This document shows, piece by piece, positions 1-8,120 of a stretch of 64,000 nt of DNA. Position 1 is the first letter of the stretch, and every line of letters begins with the position of its first letter. Source of the DNA: Candidatus Omnitrophota bacterium (lineage in GTDB: Bacteria > Omnitrophota > Gorgyraeia > Zapsychrales > Zapsychraceae). The DNA is taken from positions 880-64,879 of the forward strand of contig JAGOSC010000005.1 in assembly GCA_018062515.1 (NCBI GenBank), written 5' to 3'. A model generated the notes under the pieces. It saw nothing but the letters and a program-made list of their open reading frames with translations. It did no database searches and was not told the DNA's origin. The position numbers were made by a program, and so were the translations under genes.

Positions 1-2
1 TT

Positions 3-128
3 AGCCGAATGGAAAATAATAAATTAACAGGGAGCATTAAAACCTATATTGCGATTGCGAATGTATTAGGCTTTCGATTAAGTGAGATGTTTGCCATGAT
101 TGAACAGATTGAAAAAAGTCGAAATTAA
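3..128 (+). CDS. HTH XRE-family transcriptional regulator, C-terminal fragment (5' end outside window)
   Basis: Frame 3 reads ...LTGSIKTYIAIANVLGFRLSEMFAMIEQIEKSRN*. This matches the last helix of HTH_3/XRE repressors. It is open to the left edge and stops at 126-128. Confidence 0.4.
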   Translation, partial: SRMENNKLTGSIKTYIAIANVLGFRLSEMFAMIEQIEKSRN

Positions 129-144
129 AAGGAAAGGTATTACC

Positions 145-699
145 ATGACAAAGAAAGAGTCAGCAGAAAACGCGGTTAATTTAATACCCCACGAAAAAAT
201 TGAAAATAATATTTATTTAATTAGGGGCAGAAAAGTAATGCTTGATGAAGAATTAGCCGAACTATATGGTGTCCCAACAAAGTCGTTAAATTTGGCAGTT
301 AAACGAAATTTGACGCGTTTCCCGTCGGATTTTATGTTTCAATTAAATGAAAAAGAGAGCCAGTTTTTGAGGTTTCAAAATGAAACCTCAAATAAAGGCC
401 GTGGTGGTCGCAGATACTTACCTTATGTTTTTACTCAAGAAGGCGTTGCTATGCTTTCGAGTGTATTAAACAGTGAAAGGGCCATTCAAGTCAACATCCA
501 GATTATGCGGGCGTTCGTAAAGCTTCGAGAATTGATGATTTCACATAAGGGATTAGCCCAAAAAATCAATGAATTGGAAAAAAAATTTAAGGATCATGAC
601 AAAAGTATCGCCTTGATTTTTAGGGCAATCAAGGAATTATTGGAAAACCCACCTGAACAGGATAAATCTAAGCAAGGAATTGGTTTTCATGTGAGGTGA
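145..699 (+). CDS. ORF6N-domain DNA-binding protein (phage/ICE-associated)
   Basis: Motif block [18 protein letters not shown]...[13 protein letters not shown]...[22 protein letters not shown] is the ORF6N/KilA-N-like domain. GGAAAGG is a plausible RBS before the ATG at 145. The ORF table begins at 100, but that start has no better RBS. Confidence 0.7.
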   Translation: [184 protein letters not shown]

Positions 700-702
700 A
701 AT

Positions 703-897
703 ATGGCTGTCAGTGTAAACAAAAGGTTTTTAAACGTGGAAGAATTAGCTGAGTTTTTGGGAATTGCTGAAGGCACCGTTTATGTTTGGGTCTGTCATCG
801 AAAAATACCGTTTTTAAAAGTTGGACGTTTGGTTAAATTTGATCTTAGGAAGATAGAAAAATGGCTAGAACAAAAATCAGTTGAAATGTATAATTAA
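703..897 (+). CDS. excisionase / AlpA-like helix-turn-helix DNA-binding protein
   Basis: 64 aa with LNVEELAEFLGIAEGTVYVWVCHRKIPFLKVGR, an HTH_17/excisionase-type motif, immediately upstream of the integrase. Confidence 0.6.
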   Translation: MAVSVNKRFLNVEELAEFLGIAEGTVYVWVCHRKIPFLKVGRLVKFDLRKIEKWLEQKSVEMYN

Positions 898-929
898 TCA
901 TTAACTTTTAATATATATATTGATTAATT

Positions 930-2012
930 ATGGGCGTATATTTTAAAAATCAAAATTGGCATATTGACTATCGTTTGAAAAACGGCATACGTAGGCGTGA
1001 GAAAGTTGGAACGAGTAAAAAGCTTGCAGAAACCGTTTTAGCAAAACGCAAAGTTGAGATCGCTGAAGATAAATTCTTAGATGTAAATAAAAAAGAAAAA
1101 ATTCGTTTTGAAGAATTTTCAATCGAATTTTTAAACATTCATTCCAAACCAAATAAAAAAAGCTGGATTTCGGATTTATACAATATAAATCGTTTAAAAA
1201 AATCCTTTAAAGGTAAATATATTTTTAGTATTACTTTAAAAGATATCGAAAAATATAAAGCTGATCGCAATGAAGAAGTTTCTTCTGCCACTGTAAACCG
1301 TGAATTGGCAACTTTAAAAACAATGTTATCTAAAGCTGTTGCGTGGGGAAAATTATCTTCAAATCCAGCTCAGAATGTTAAGTTTCTCAAAGAACCTAGT
1401 GGGCGTCTTCGTTTTTTAGAACGTGAAGAAATCTTAAAACTACTCACCAATTGCAATAAACACATGAAATCGATTGTTATACTTGCCTTAAACACCGGAA
1501 TGCGAAAAGGTGAAATTTTAGGACTTAAATGGCGGGATATAGATATTAAACGTAATATAATTACTATATTAGATACAAAAAACGGTGAAAAAAGAGAAAT
1601 TTATATGAATGAACAGGTGAAAACGGCCTTGATTAGAACCCCGAAGCATCCTGATAGCCAATTTATTTTTTGTAAAGAAGATGGTAAACCGCGTCAGGAT
1701 ATACGCAAATCATTCTTTACAGCCCTACGCAAATCTGGTATAAAAGAATTTCGTTTTCATGATTTGAGGCATACTTTTGCAAGTCAATTGGTTATGTCTG
1801 GTACAGATATTAATACTGTAAGAGAATTATTAGGACATAAGGATATTAGAATGACACTTCGATATAGCCACTTGTCACCAAGTTATAAGCAACGGGCGAT
1901 TGATATTTTGGGCAGAAAAATGGACACTTTTTGGACACTTGGCCAATCACAGGTTATTTCTGAAAATTCTGAATTATCACAAACCCTTGATAATAAATCA
2001 TTAACAGTTTAA
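930..2012 (+). CDS. int: tyrosine site-specific recombinase / phage-type integrase
   Basis: C-terminal catalytic block HDLRHTFASQLVMSGTDINTVRELLGHKDIRMTLRYSHL carries the R..H..R..Y signature. An N-terminal SAM-like domain is present. The stop abuts a tRNA gene. Confidence 0.9.
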   Translation: MGVYFKNQNWHIDYRLKNGIRRREKVGTSKKLAETVLAKRKVEIAEDKFLDVNKKEKIRFEEFSIEFLNIHSKPNKKSWISDLYNINRLKKSFKGKYIFSITLKDIEKYKADRNEEVSSATVNRELATLKTMLSKAVAWGKLSSNPAQNVKFLKEPSGRLRFLEREEILKLLTNCNKHMKSIVILALNTGMRKGEILGLKWRDIDIKRNIITILDTKNGEKREIYMNEQVKTALIRTPKHPDSQFIFCKEDGKPRQDIRKSFFTALRKSGIKEFRFHDLRHTFASQLVMSGTDINTVRELLGHKDIRMTLRYSHLSPSYKQRAIDILGRKMDTFWTLGQSQVISENSELSQTLDNKSLTV

Positions 2013-2086
2013 CGGGGCGTAGCGCAGCTGGCTAGCGCACTTGTATGGGGTACAAGAAGTCGTGAGTTCAAATCTCACCGCCCCGA
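2013..2086 (+). tRNA. tRNA-Pro (anticodon GGG)
   Basis: Cloverleaf folded by hand. Acceptor CGGGGCG/CGCCCCG with C1:G72 and discriminator A73, both typical of bacterial tRNA-Pro. D arm GCGC-AGCTGGCTA-GCGC. Anticodon stem CTTGT/ACAAG with loop AUGGGGU, giving GGG. T arm GTGAG-TTCAAAT-CTCAC. No encoded CCA. Confidence 0.85.
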
Positions 2087-2114
2087 TTTTAATTTAAAAC
2101 TAAAAGGAGCTATT

Positions 2115-2501
2115 ATGCTTCCCAAGAAAAAAGAAGAATCCTTTACTGAAAAACGTAAATACAAACGTTTCCGAAAGCATTTCTTATTACGTTATTACGA
2201 CATTAGGACCCCACAAAATAAGGAAGAGCTAACGCAGTTAAAAAATATTAGCCAAGGCGGAATGTGTTTTGTCACAACATCAGCGTTTCCCATCGGCACG
2301 CACATGGGTGTTGAATTGAATACACCTTTTATTACCGGCACGACCATACTTGAAGGCATTGTTCGCGGCAGTAATGAAAAAGTCAAAAATATGATCTATG
2401 AAACACGCTTGGAATTTGAAAACCTAAATACCGAGGCATTGGTTGTCCTCGATAAGTTGATTACCTTTTTTAATCGGGCTGAAGGAGCTACACATGATTA
2501 A
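2115..2501 (+). CDS. PilZ-domain protein (c-di-GMP binding candidate)
   Basis: RxxxR motif (KRKYKRFRK) followed ~30 aa later by N-I-S-Q-G-G (the D/NxSxxG motif). SD AAAAGGAG upstream. The 3' end overlaps the hom start. Confidence 0.65.
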   Translation: MLPKKKEESFTEKRKYKRFRKHFLLRYYDIRTPQNKEELTQLKNISQGGMCFVTTSAFPIGTHMGVELNTPFITGTTILEGIVRGSNEKVKNMIYETRLEFENLNTEALVVLDKLITFFNRAEGATHD

Positions 2502-3804
2502 ACACCGCAAAATTTCAGATCGAATGAACGTTGGGCTCGTCGGATATGGTGTTGTCGGCCAAGGAGTGGTTCAAATTTTAAAGAAAAACAGACGAACCTT
2601 CCAAGAAACGTATAACACGGATTTTAATCTCGTCGCTATCTGTGACCGCAGTATTCACAAAAAAAACACATCCGGCCTAACTGGAGTTAAGAGGACAAAA
2701 AATATTGATGATGTCCTCAATGATCCTAATATCGATATCGTGATTGAACTTATCGGTGGAAAACAGCCGGCTAAACAAATTGTTGAACGGGCCTTGAAAA
2801 ATGGCAAGGACGTTATCACCGCGAATAAAGATTTAATCGCGAATCATGGCCTCGAGTTATTTAAACTTGCCCAAGACAATGGCCGGCATCTTTACTATGA
2901 ATCTGCCGTTGGTGCTGGTATTCCGATCATCAAAATGATTTCTGAAACGATTGCCGGAAATTCCTTTAAAGGTCTTTACGGAATTATCAACGGGACATGC
3001 AACTTTATCCTCGATGAAATGACCACCAAACATTGTTCCTTTCAAGACGCTTTAAAAGATGCTCAAGCCAGAGGTTACGCGGAGTCTGATCCGACGCTGG
3101 ATGTCAATGGGATGGACACTACCCATAAACTCGCCATTTTAACTTTTCTTGCCTTCGGAAAAATGTTTCCGGTTAAATCTATTTATACAGAAGGGATCAG
3201 TGATATTTCTCACATTGATATTACTTATGCCGAAAGCCTTAATTTATCGATCAAATTACTCGCCATTGCAAAAGAAACAAAAGGAAACTTGGAAGTACGC
3301 GTTCATCCGACGCTGATTTCTAAAAACCATCCATTGTCGACGGTACGCGGAATTTTCAATGCTGTGTATTTAAACACAGATCCTCTGGGAAATGTGATGG
3401 TTTCCGGCGAAGGAGCCGGCCAAATGGCCGCTGCCAGCGGCGTTGTCGCCGATCTTATCAATGCGGCGAATGCTCCCAACAATCCTATGTATTGTAACCG
3501 TTATGTGCAATCAAAAGGCATACGGCTCAGAACCATTGATCATATTGAAACAAAATTTTATATACGTATTCTCGCCGCTGATAAGCCGGGCGTTTTGTCA
3601 CAGGTAACCGGTATTCTCGGTCGCGCTGGTATCGGCATCAATTCGGTAACACAGCAAGCCCATGATGCAGATTTGAAGGCCGTTCCGGTTATTATGTTGA
3701 CCGATTATTCGACGGAAAAAGCGTTACGGAGCGCGCTAAATAAGATTGAAAAATTATCCAGCGTTAAAAGCAAACCTGTAGCAATCAGGATGGAGCAATT
3801 ATAA
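2494..3804 (+). CDS. hom: homoserine dehydrogenase
   Basis: N-terminal Rossmann fold VGLVGYGVVGQGVVQIL, a central catalytic domain, and a C-terminal ACT domain (ILAADKPGVLSQVTGILG). SD GAAGGAG. Confidence 0.9.
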   Translation: MIKHRKISDRMNVGLVGYGVVGQGVVQILKKNRRTFQETYNTDFNLVAICDRSIHKKNTSGLTGVKRTKNIDDVLNDPNIDIVIELIGGKQPAKQIVERALKNGKDVITANKDLIANHGLELFKLAQDNGRHLYYESAVGAGIPIIKMISETIAGNSFKGLYGIINGTCNFILDEMTTKHCSFQDALKDAQARGYAESDPTLDVNGMDTTHKLAILTFLAFGKMFPVKSIYTEGISDISHIDITYAESLNLSIKLLAIAKETKGNLEVRVHPTLISKNHPLSTVRGIFNAVYLNTDPLGNVMVSGEGAGQMAAASGVVADLINAANAPNNPMYCNRYVQSKGIRLRTIDHIETKFYIRILAADKPGVLSQVTGILGRAGIGINSVTQQAHDADLKAVPVIMLTDYSTEKALRSALNKIEKLSSVKSKPVAIRMEQL

Positions 3805-4862
3805 TGAGTTACAAAGGCCTCATTCATCAATACAGAAAATTTTTACCACCGATCAAAGATGAAAACATCGTGACTCTTTTGGAATGCAACACCCCATTGA
3901 TTTATTCCGAGGATTTATCTAAACGCACCGGTTTAAATGTTTATCTTAAATATGAAGGGCTTAATCCGACGGGATCGTTTAAGGACCGCGGAATGACCAT
4001 GGCTATTTCGATGGCCAAGGAAAAAAACGCCAAGATCGTTATGTGCGCCTCGACGGGAAATACATCTGCCTCCGCGGCTGCATACGCCGCTAAAAGCGGG
4101 AGCATGGAATGCGTGGTTCTTATTCCCGAAGGTAATATTTCCCTCGGTAAATTAGCGCAAGCGATGATTCATAATGCCAAAGTCATACAGATTAAAGGAA
4201 ATTTTGATCACGCGCTTGAATTGGTCAAAAAAATTGCCGACGAGTTTCCCGTCGAATTGGTTAATTCGATTAATCCTTATCGCATTGAAGGTCAGAAAAC
4301 AGCGGCATTTGAGATTTGTGATGTACTCGGCGACGCGCCGCATTTTCATGCCATTCCCGTCGGAAACGCAGGAAATATCACCGCGTATTGGAAGGGTTAT
4401 AATGAATACGAACAGGCATGTATCAGCGAAAGGTTGCCGAAAATGCTTGGATTTCAAGCCGCAGGGTCAGCGCCGATTGTTCATAATAAAATTATTGAGA
4501 AGCCGGAAACAATCGCAACAGCGATTAAAATAGGAAACCCGGCGAGCTGGAAACAGGCTGTTGCCGCGCGAGATGAGTCTGGCGGATTAATTGAAGCTGT
4601 CACCGACGAAGAAATTCTTGAGGCTTATAAAATTTTAGCTAATTACAGCGGTGTGTTTTGCGAACCAGCGTCGGCAGCTAGCGTCGCAGGTGTTCTCAAA
4701 TTACATAAACGTGGTTATTTTAAGAATGATTCAGAAGCAAATTTAGTGTGCACCTTGACGGGACATGGACTAAAAGACCCGACTTCTGCTATTAATCTCA
4801 TTGGTAAACCAGTAACGGTTGAGGCTGATATATCGGCTGTACTTAAAGAAATAGGATTATAG
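3804..4862 (+). CDS. thrC: threonine synthase
   Basis: PLP-binding lysine motif NPTGSFKDRGMT. The 352-aa length matches short-form ThrC. The ATG overlaps the hom stop (TAATG). Confidence 0.9.
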   Translation: MSYKGLIHQYRKFLPPIKDENIVTLLECNTPLIYSEDLSKRTGLNVYLKYEGLNPTGSFKDRGMTMAISMAKEKNAKIVMCASTGNTSASAAAYAAKSGSMECVVLIPEGNISLGKLAQAMIHNAKVIQIKGNFDHALELVKKIADEFPVELVNSINPYRIEGQKTAAFEICDVLGDAPHFHAIPVGNAGNITAYWKGYNEYEQACISERLPKMLGFQAAGSAPIVHNKIIEKPETIATAIKIGNPASWKQAVAARDESGGLIEAVTDEEILEAYKILANYSGVFCEPASAASVAGVLKLHKRGYFKNDSEANLVCTLTGHGLKDPTSAINLIGKPVTVEADISAVLKEIGL

Positions 4863-4930
4863 AAGTCACAAGACACAAAGTCACAAGTCACATCTGACCT
4901 TGTGACATGTGTCCTGTGACATGTGACTTA
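4863..4930. repeat. heptamer-built imperfect inverted repeat (GTCACAA-type), copy 1
   Basis: GTCACAAGACACAAAGTCACAAGTCACAT-ctgacc-TTGTGACATGTGTCCTGTGACATGTGAC. It fills the thrC-coaB spacer. A 19-mer ACAAAGTCACAAGTCACAT is identical to the copy at 6776-6834. Confidence 0.6.
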
Positions 4931-4933
4931 TAG

Positions 4934-5575
4934 ATGAGTAAACTTAAGAACAAATCAGTGCTGATCACATGCGGGCCCACATGGGTTCCGATTGATGATG
5001 TGCGGGTCATTAGTAATATATCGACGGGTGAAATGGGACAAACTCTTGCGCTCGAATGCAAAAAACGAGGAGCTAAAGTTACTTTAATTGAAGGTCCCGT
5101 CGAACGTCGCTTAGTCTCCAAGGGAATTAATGTTAAACCATTTAAATATTTTACCGATTTGGCAAAAATCATTCGGAAAGAATTGAAGAAAAATTACGAT
5201 GTCATCTTTCATGCGGCAGCGGTGAGTGATTACGCCGTGAATAAACCGTCTAAAAACAAAATCAAATCGGATCGATCACGTTTAACTTTGAACTTAGTTC
5301 CATTACCAAAATTGATCCAGTCATTACGGAAATTTAGCCCTAAAGCATTCATTGTTGGATTTAAACTGGAATCTGACATGACGGAAAAAACCGCACTGGA
5401 GTCGACTCGCGGATTATTTAAAAAATCATTTTGTGATCTTGTCATCGCGAACACCGTCCGGAAACAGAAATATCTGGGTTATATTGTTGAGCAAGATAAA
5501 GTTTTAGCGAAGGGAATCACATCGCGCTCGGCAATGGTTAAAAAAATATTAAATACGGTTGAAAATAAAATATGA
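4934..5575 (+). CDS. coaB: phosphopantothenate--cysteine ligase (CoaB domain, stand-alone)
   Basis: VLITCGPTWVPIDDVRVISNISTGEMG matches the CoaB signature ITAGPT.E.ID.VR.ISN.SSGKMG. No CoaC flavoprotein domain is fused. Confidence 0.75.
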   Translation: MSKLKNKSVLITCGPTWVPIDDVRVISNISTGEMGQTLALECKKRGAKVTLIEGPVERRLVSKGINVKPFKYFTDLAKIIRKELKKNYDVIFHAAAVSDYAVNKPSKNKIKSDRSRLTLNLVPLPKLIQSLRKFSPKAFIVGFKLESDMTEKTALESTRGLFKKSFCDLVIANTVRKQKYLGYIVEQDKVLAKGITSRSAMVKKILNTVENKI

Positions 5576-6774
5576 AATACGTCGTGATTGTGCCGGATGG
5601 TATGTTCGATCATCCGCTGGAAAATTTTGATAATCGTACACCTCTGGAAATCGCTCGCACACCGAACATGGATTATCTCGCGAGAAATGGAATGAGCGGT
5701 TTGGTGCAGACTATTCCTGATAAGCTTCCCCCAGGGTCTGACGTCGGAAATATGGCCATACTTGGTTATAATCCTGAAATTTCTTTGACTGGGCGATCGC
5801 CGCTGGAAGCTGCGAACATGGGCATCGATTTAAAGGAAGATGAGATTGCATTTCGCTGCAATATGATTACCGAAATGAATGGAATCATGGCAGATTACAG
5901 CGCCGGGCATATCCGGACAGAAGAAGCAGCAATTTTGATCGAAGCGTTAAAAAACCACCTCGGAACTAGAGAGGTAAAATTTTACGCGGGAAAAAGTTAC
6001 CGCCACATTATGGTTCTAAAAACCACGAATCTTAATGAATTTCTAGCGATTAAAACTGTGCCGCCGCATGACATCATCGACCAACCCATTGAAAAGTATT
6101 TGCCGCATGGCCCATTAGCGGATAAACTCATCGGTATTATGGAACAATCCAAAGCGATTTTTGCGGAAAATTCCATTAATCAAGTCCGCATTGATTTAAA
6201 AGAAAATCCGGCGACGATGATTTGGTTGTGGGGACAAGGGACGAAACCAAATCTTATACCTTTTAAAAAAAAATATGGGATTAGCGGATCCATTATTTCC
6301 GCCGTGGATCTTGTCAACGGTTTAGGACGATTGGCCGGATTAAATGTGATTGATGTCCCAGGCGCGACGGGTTACTACGATACCAACTACCAGGGAAAAG
6401 CGGATTATGCGATGGAATCGTTAAAGAAACATGATTATGTCTATATTCACATTGAATCACCCGACGAAGCTGGCCATAACGGAGATGCGCAAGCGAAAAT
6501 TGAAGCGATTGAAAAAATTGATAAGTATGTCGTCGGAACTGTATTAAATCACTTTGGGGACCATCCGGATGCGCGTATCCTAGTTTTACCAGATCATCCG
6601 ACGCCAGTTGTATTACGTACTCATACTCATGAGCCGGTCGGTTTTGCTATGTACGGGCGCGGCATTCCACCCAGCGGTGTAGATTCATACACTGAATCAT
6701 CGACACAAGAAATAGGAATGAAATTCAAGAGTGGCGAAGAAATGATTGAATACTTTATTAAGAAAAATTTATAA
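5572..6774 (+). CDS. cofactor-independent phosphoglycerate mutase family protein (archaeal-type iPGM/ApgM-like); candidate homoserine kinase analog
   Basis: MKYVVIVPDGMFDHP...NMDYLARNGMSGL...DVGNMAILGY is the ApgM-type metalloenzyme N-terminus. It is 400 aa and embedded in the hom-thrC-lysC cluster. ATGA overlap with coaB. Confidence 0.8.
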   Translation: MKYVVIVPDGMFDHPLENFDNRTPLEIARTPNMDYLARNGMSGLVQTIPDKLPPGSDVGNMAILGYNPEISLTGRSPLEAANMGIDLKEDEIAFRCNMITEMNGIMADYSAGHIRTEEAAILIEALKNHLGTREVKFYAGKSYRHIMVLKTTNLNEFLAIKTVPPHDIIDQPIEKYLPHGPLADKLIGIMEQSKAIFAENSINQVRIDLKENPATMIWLWGQGTKPNLIPFKKKYGISGSIISAVDLVNGLGRLAGLNVIDVPGATGYYDTNYQGKADYAMESLKKHDYVYIHIESPDEAGHNGDAQAKIEAIEKIDKYVVGTVLNHFGDHPDARILVLPDHPTPVVLRTHTHEPVGFAMYGRGIPPSGVDSYTESSTQEIGMKFKSGEEMIEYFIKKNL

Positions 6775-6775
6775 A

Positions 6776-6834
6776 TGACACAAGATACAAAGTCACAAGT
6801 CACATGTGTCATTGTGACCTGTGTCTTGTGTCTG
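6776..6834. repeat. heptamer-built imperfect inverted repeat (GTCACAA-type), copy 2
   Basis: GACACAAGATACAAAGTCACAAGTCACATG-TGTCATTGTGACCTGTGTCTTGTGTC. It lies directly after the iPGM-like stop. Confidence 0.6.
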
Positions 6835-6856
6835 ATATGAAAGGACATAATCACTC

Positions 6857-8083
6857 ATGAAAAAAGATATTGTCGTGCTAAAATTCGGCGGTTCTTCCGT
6901 CGCAAATATTGACCGCATTAAAAACGTAGCCCGGCGCATTGTCGACTCAAAAACGAAAACGAATAATTTAGTCGTTGTCGTTTCGGCCCTGGGAGATACG
7001 ACGGATGAATTAGAAGAAATGGCCTTTAAACTCTGTGATAATCCGCCGGACCGTGAAATGGATTTACTCATGTCAACTGGCGAACAAATTTCTTCTGCGC
7101 TTGTGGCTATGGCGATTAAATCACTGGGTCTTGACGCCATTGCCTTTACCGGCCCGCAAGTCGGAATTAAAACCGATAAATCGCATACAAACGCACGGGT
7201 CATGTCGATAGAATCGCCGCGCATCAAAAAAGCGCATCAGCAAAATAAAATTGTCATCGTCGCCGGTTATCAGGGAATTACCGAGGATGATGAGATTACA
7301 ACACTTGGGCGAGGCGGATCGGATCTGACAGCCGTTGCTTTAGCCGTCGCTCTTAAAGCCAAGGTATGTGAAATTTATACCGACGTGACCGGCATCTTCA
7401 CGACGGATCCACGCAAAGTTAAAGATGCGCGTAAAATAAAAACCATCACGTTTGAAGAAATGCTCGAAATGGCTTCTCTGGGCGCGCAGGTTATGCAGGC
7501 CCGCTCAATCGAAGTCGCCAAACGTTTTAATGTGCCAATCCATGTTCGATCAAGTTTTTCTAAGGAGGAAGGAACCATGATAGTGAAAGACGCACCTAAA
7601 ATCGAAGATATCGCCGTACGCGGCATTACCAGCAATACATCTGAAGCAAAAATTACCATACACGCCGTTCCTGATCAAACAGGTATCGCGGCGAGTATAT
7701 TTACGGAGATTTCTAAAAAAGGTGTCAACGTCGACATTATCGTCCAGAATGTTTCTAACACAGGCTTGACGGATATTTCTTTCACGGTTCCAAAAAAAGA
7801 ATTAGGGAAAGCTTTAGACGCATCCAATAATGTCGCCAAAAAAATTAAAGCCGGGCAAGTTACGTCGGCATCCAACATTGCCCGCGTGTCAATTATCGGT
7901 TCAGGCATGCGCTCGCATAATGGTATTGCAGCTAAGATGTTTGACACATTGGCTAAATTAAAAGTCAATATTGAAATGATTTCCACGTCGGAAATAAGCA
8001 TTTCTTGTATCATTAACGAAAAGCACGCCGAAAAGGCAACACTGGGATTACATAAAGCGTTCGCGCTCGATAAAATAAAATAA
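6857..8083 (+). CDS. lysC: aspartate kinase
   Basis: N-terminus VLKFGGSSV with VVVVSALGDTTDEL (amino-acid kinase fold) and two C-terminal ACT domains. SD AAAGGA. Confidence 0.9.
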   Translation: MKKDIVVLKFGGSSVANIDRIKNVARRIVDSKTKTNNLVVVVSALGDTTDELEEMAFKLCDNPPDREMDLLMSTGEQISSALVAMAIKSLGLDAIAFTGPQVGIKTDKSHTNARVMSIESPRIKKAHQQNKIVIVAGYQGITEDDEITTLGRGGSDLTAVALAVALKAKVCEIYTDVTGIFTTDPRKVKDARKIKTITFEEMLEMASLGAQVMQARSIEVAKRFNVPIHVRSSFSKEEGTMIVKDAPKIEDIAVRGITSNTSEAKITIHAVPDQTGIAASIFTEISKKGVNVDIIVQNVSNTGLTDISFTVPKKELGKALDASNNVAKKIKAGQVTSASNIARVSIIGSGMRSHNGIAAKMFDTLAKLKVNIEMISTSEISISCIINEKHAEKATLGLHKAFALDKIK

Positions 8084-8120
8084 TCAATCCATACAAATTC
8101 TATTTGGAGGATTTTCATAC

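Larger units (their letters stand above)
1..2086 (+). mobile_element. integrative element / prophage remnant (regulator - ORF6N - xis - int) abutting tRNA-Pro; extends beyond left edge
   Basis: The gene order HTH-ORF6N-excisionase-integrase ending at nt 2012, with the tRNA starting at nt 2013, is the standard arrangement of tRNA-targeting integrative elements. The other attachment end is not in the window. Confidence 0.45.

Noticed and set aside
100-144. Upstream start (100) for the ORF6N gene, 53849 for the serpin, and 62532 for the GNAT
   Set aside because: In each case a downstream ATG gives a better N-terminus: the ORF6N domain spacing, the signal peptide directly at the serpin N-terminus, and the GNAT motif A spacing. 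The upstream starts also overlap neighbouring genes or intergenic structure. They are retained only as alternatives.
943-1152. 69-aa minus-strand ORF inside the integrase gene, and many similar 60-150 aa ORFs antisense or out-of-frame within long genes (e.g. 2195-2386, 2857-3045, 4152-4457, 4174-4533, 7375-7659, 7675-8118, 36006-36344, 42036-42368, 47393-47734, 48263-48706, 56201-56482)
   Set aside because: They lie entirely within strongly supported CDSs on the other strand or frame. They have no RBS and low-complexity or odd composition (Cys/Phe-rich). They are typical shadow ORFs in AT-rich DNA.
4863-4930. CRISPR array interpretation of the heptamer repeats (also 6776-6834, 9698-9795, 63447-63577)
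   Set aside because: Units are ~7 nt, directly abutting, and arranged as inverted arms with no unique spacers of 25-40 nt. No cas genes in the window.
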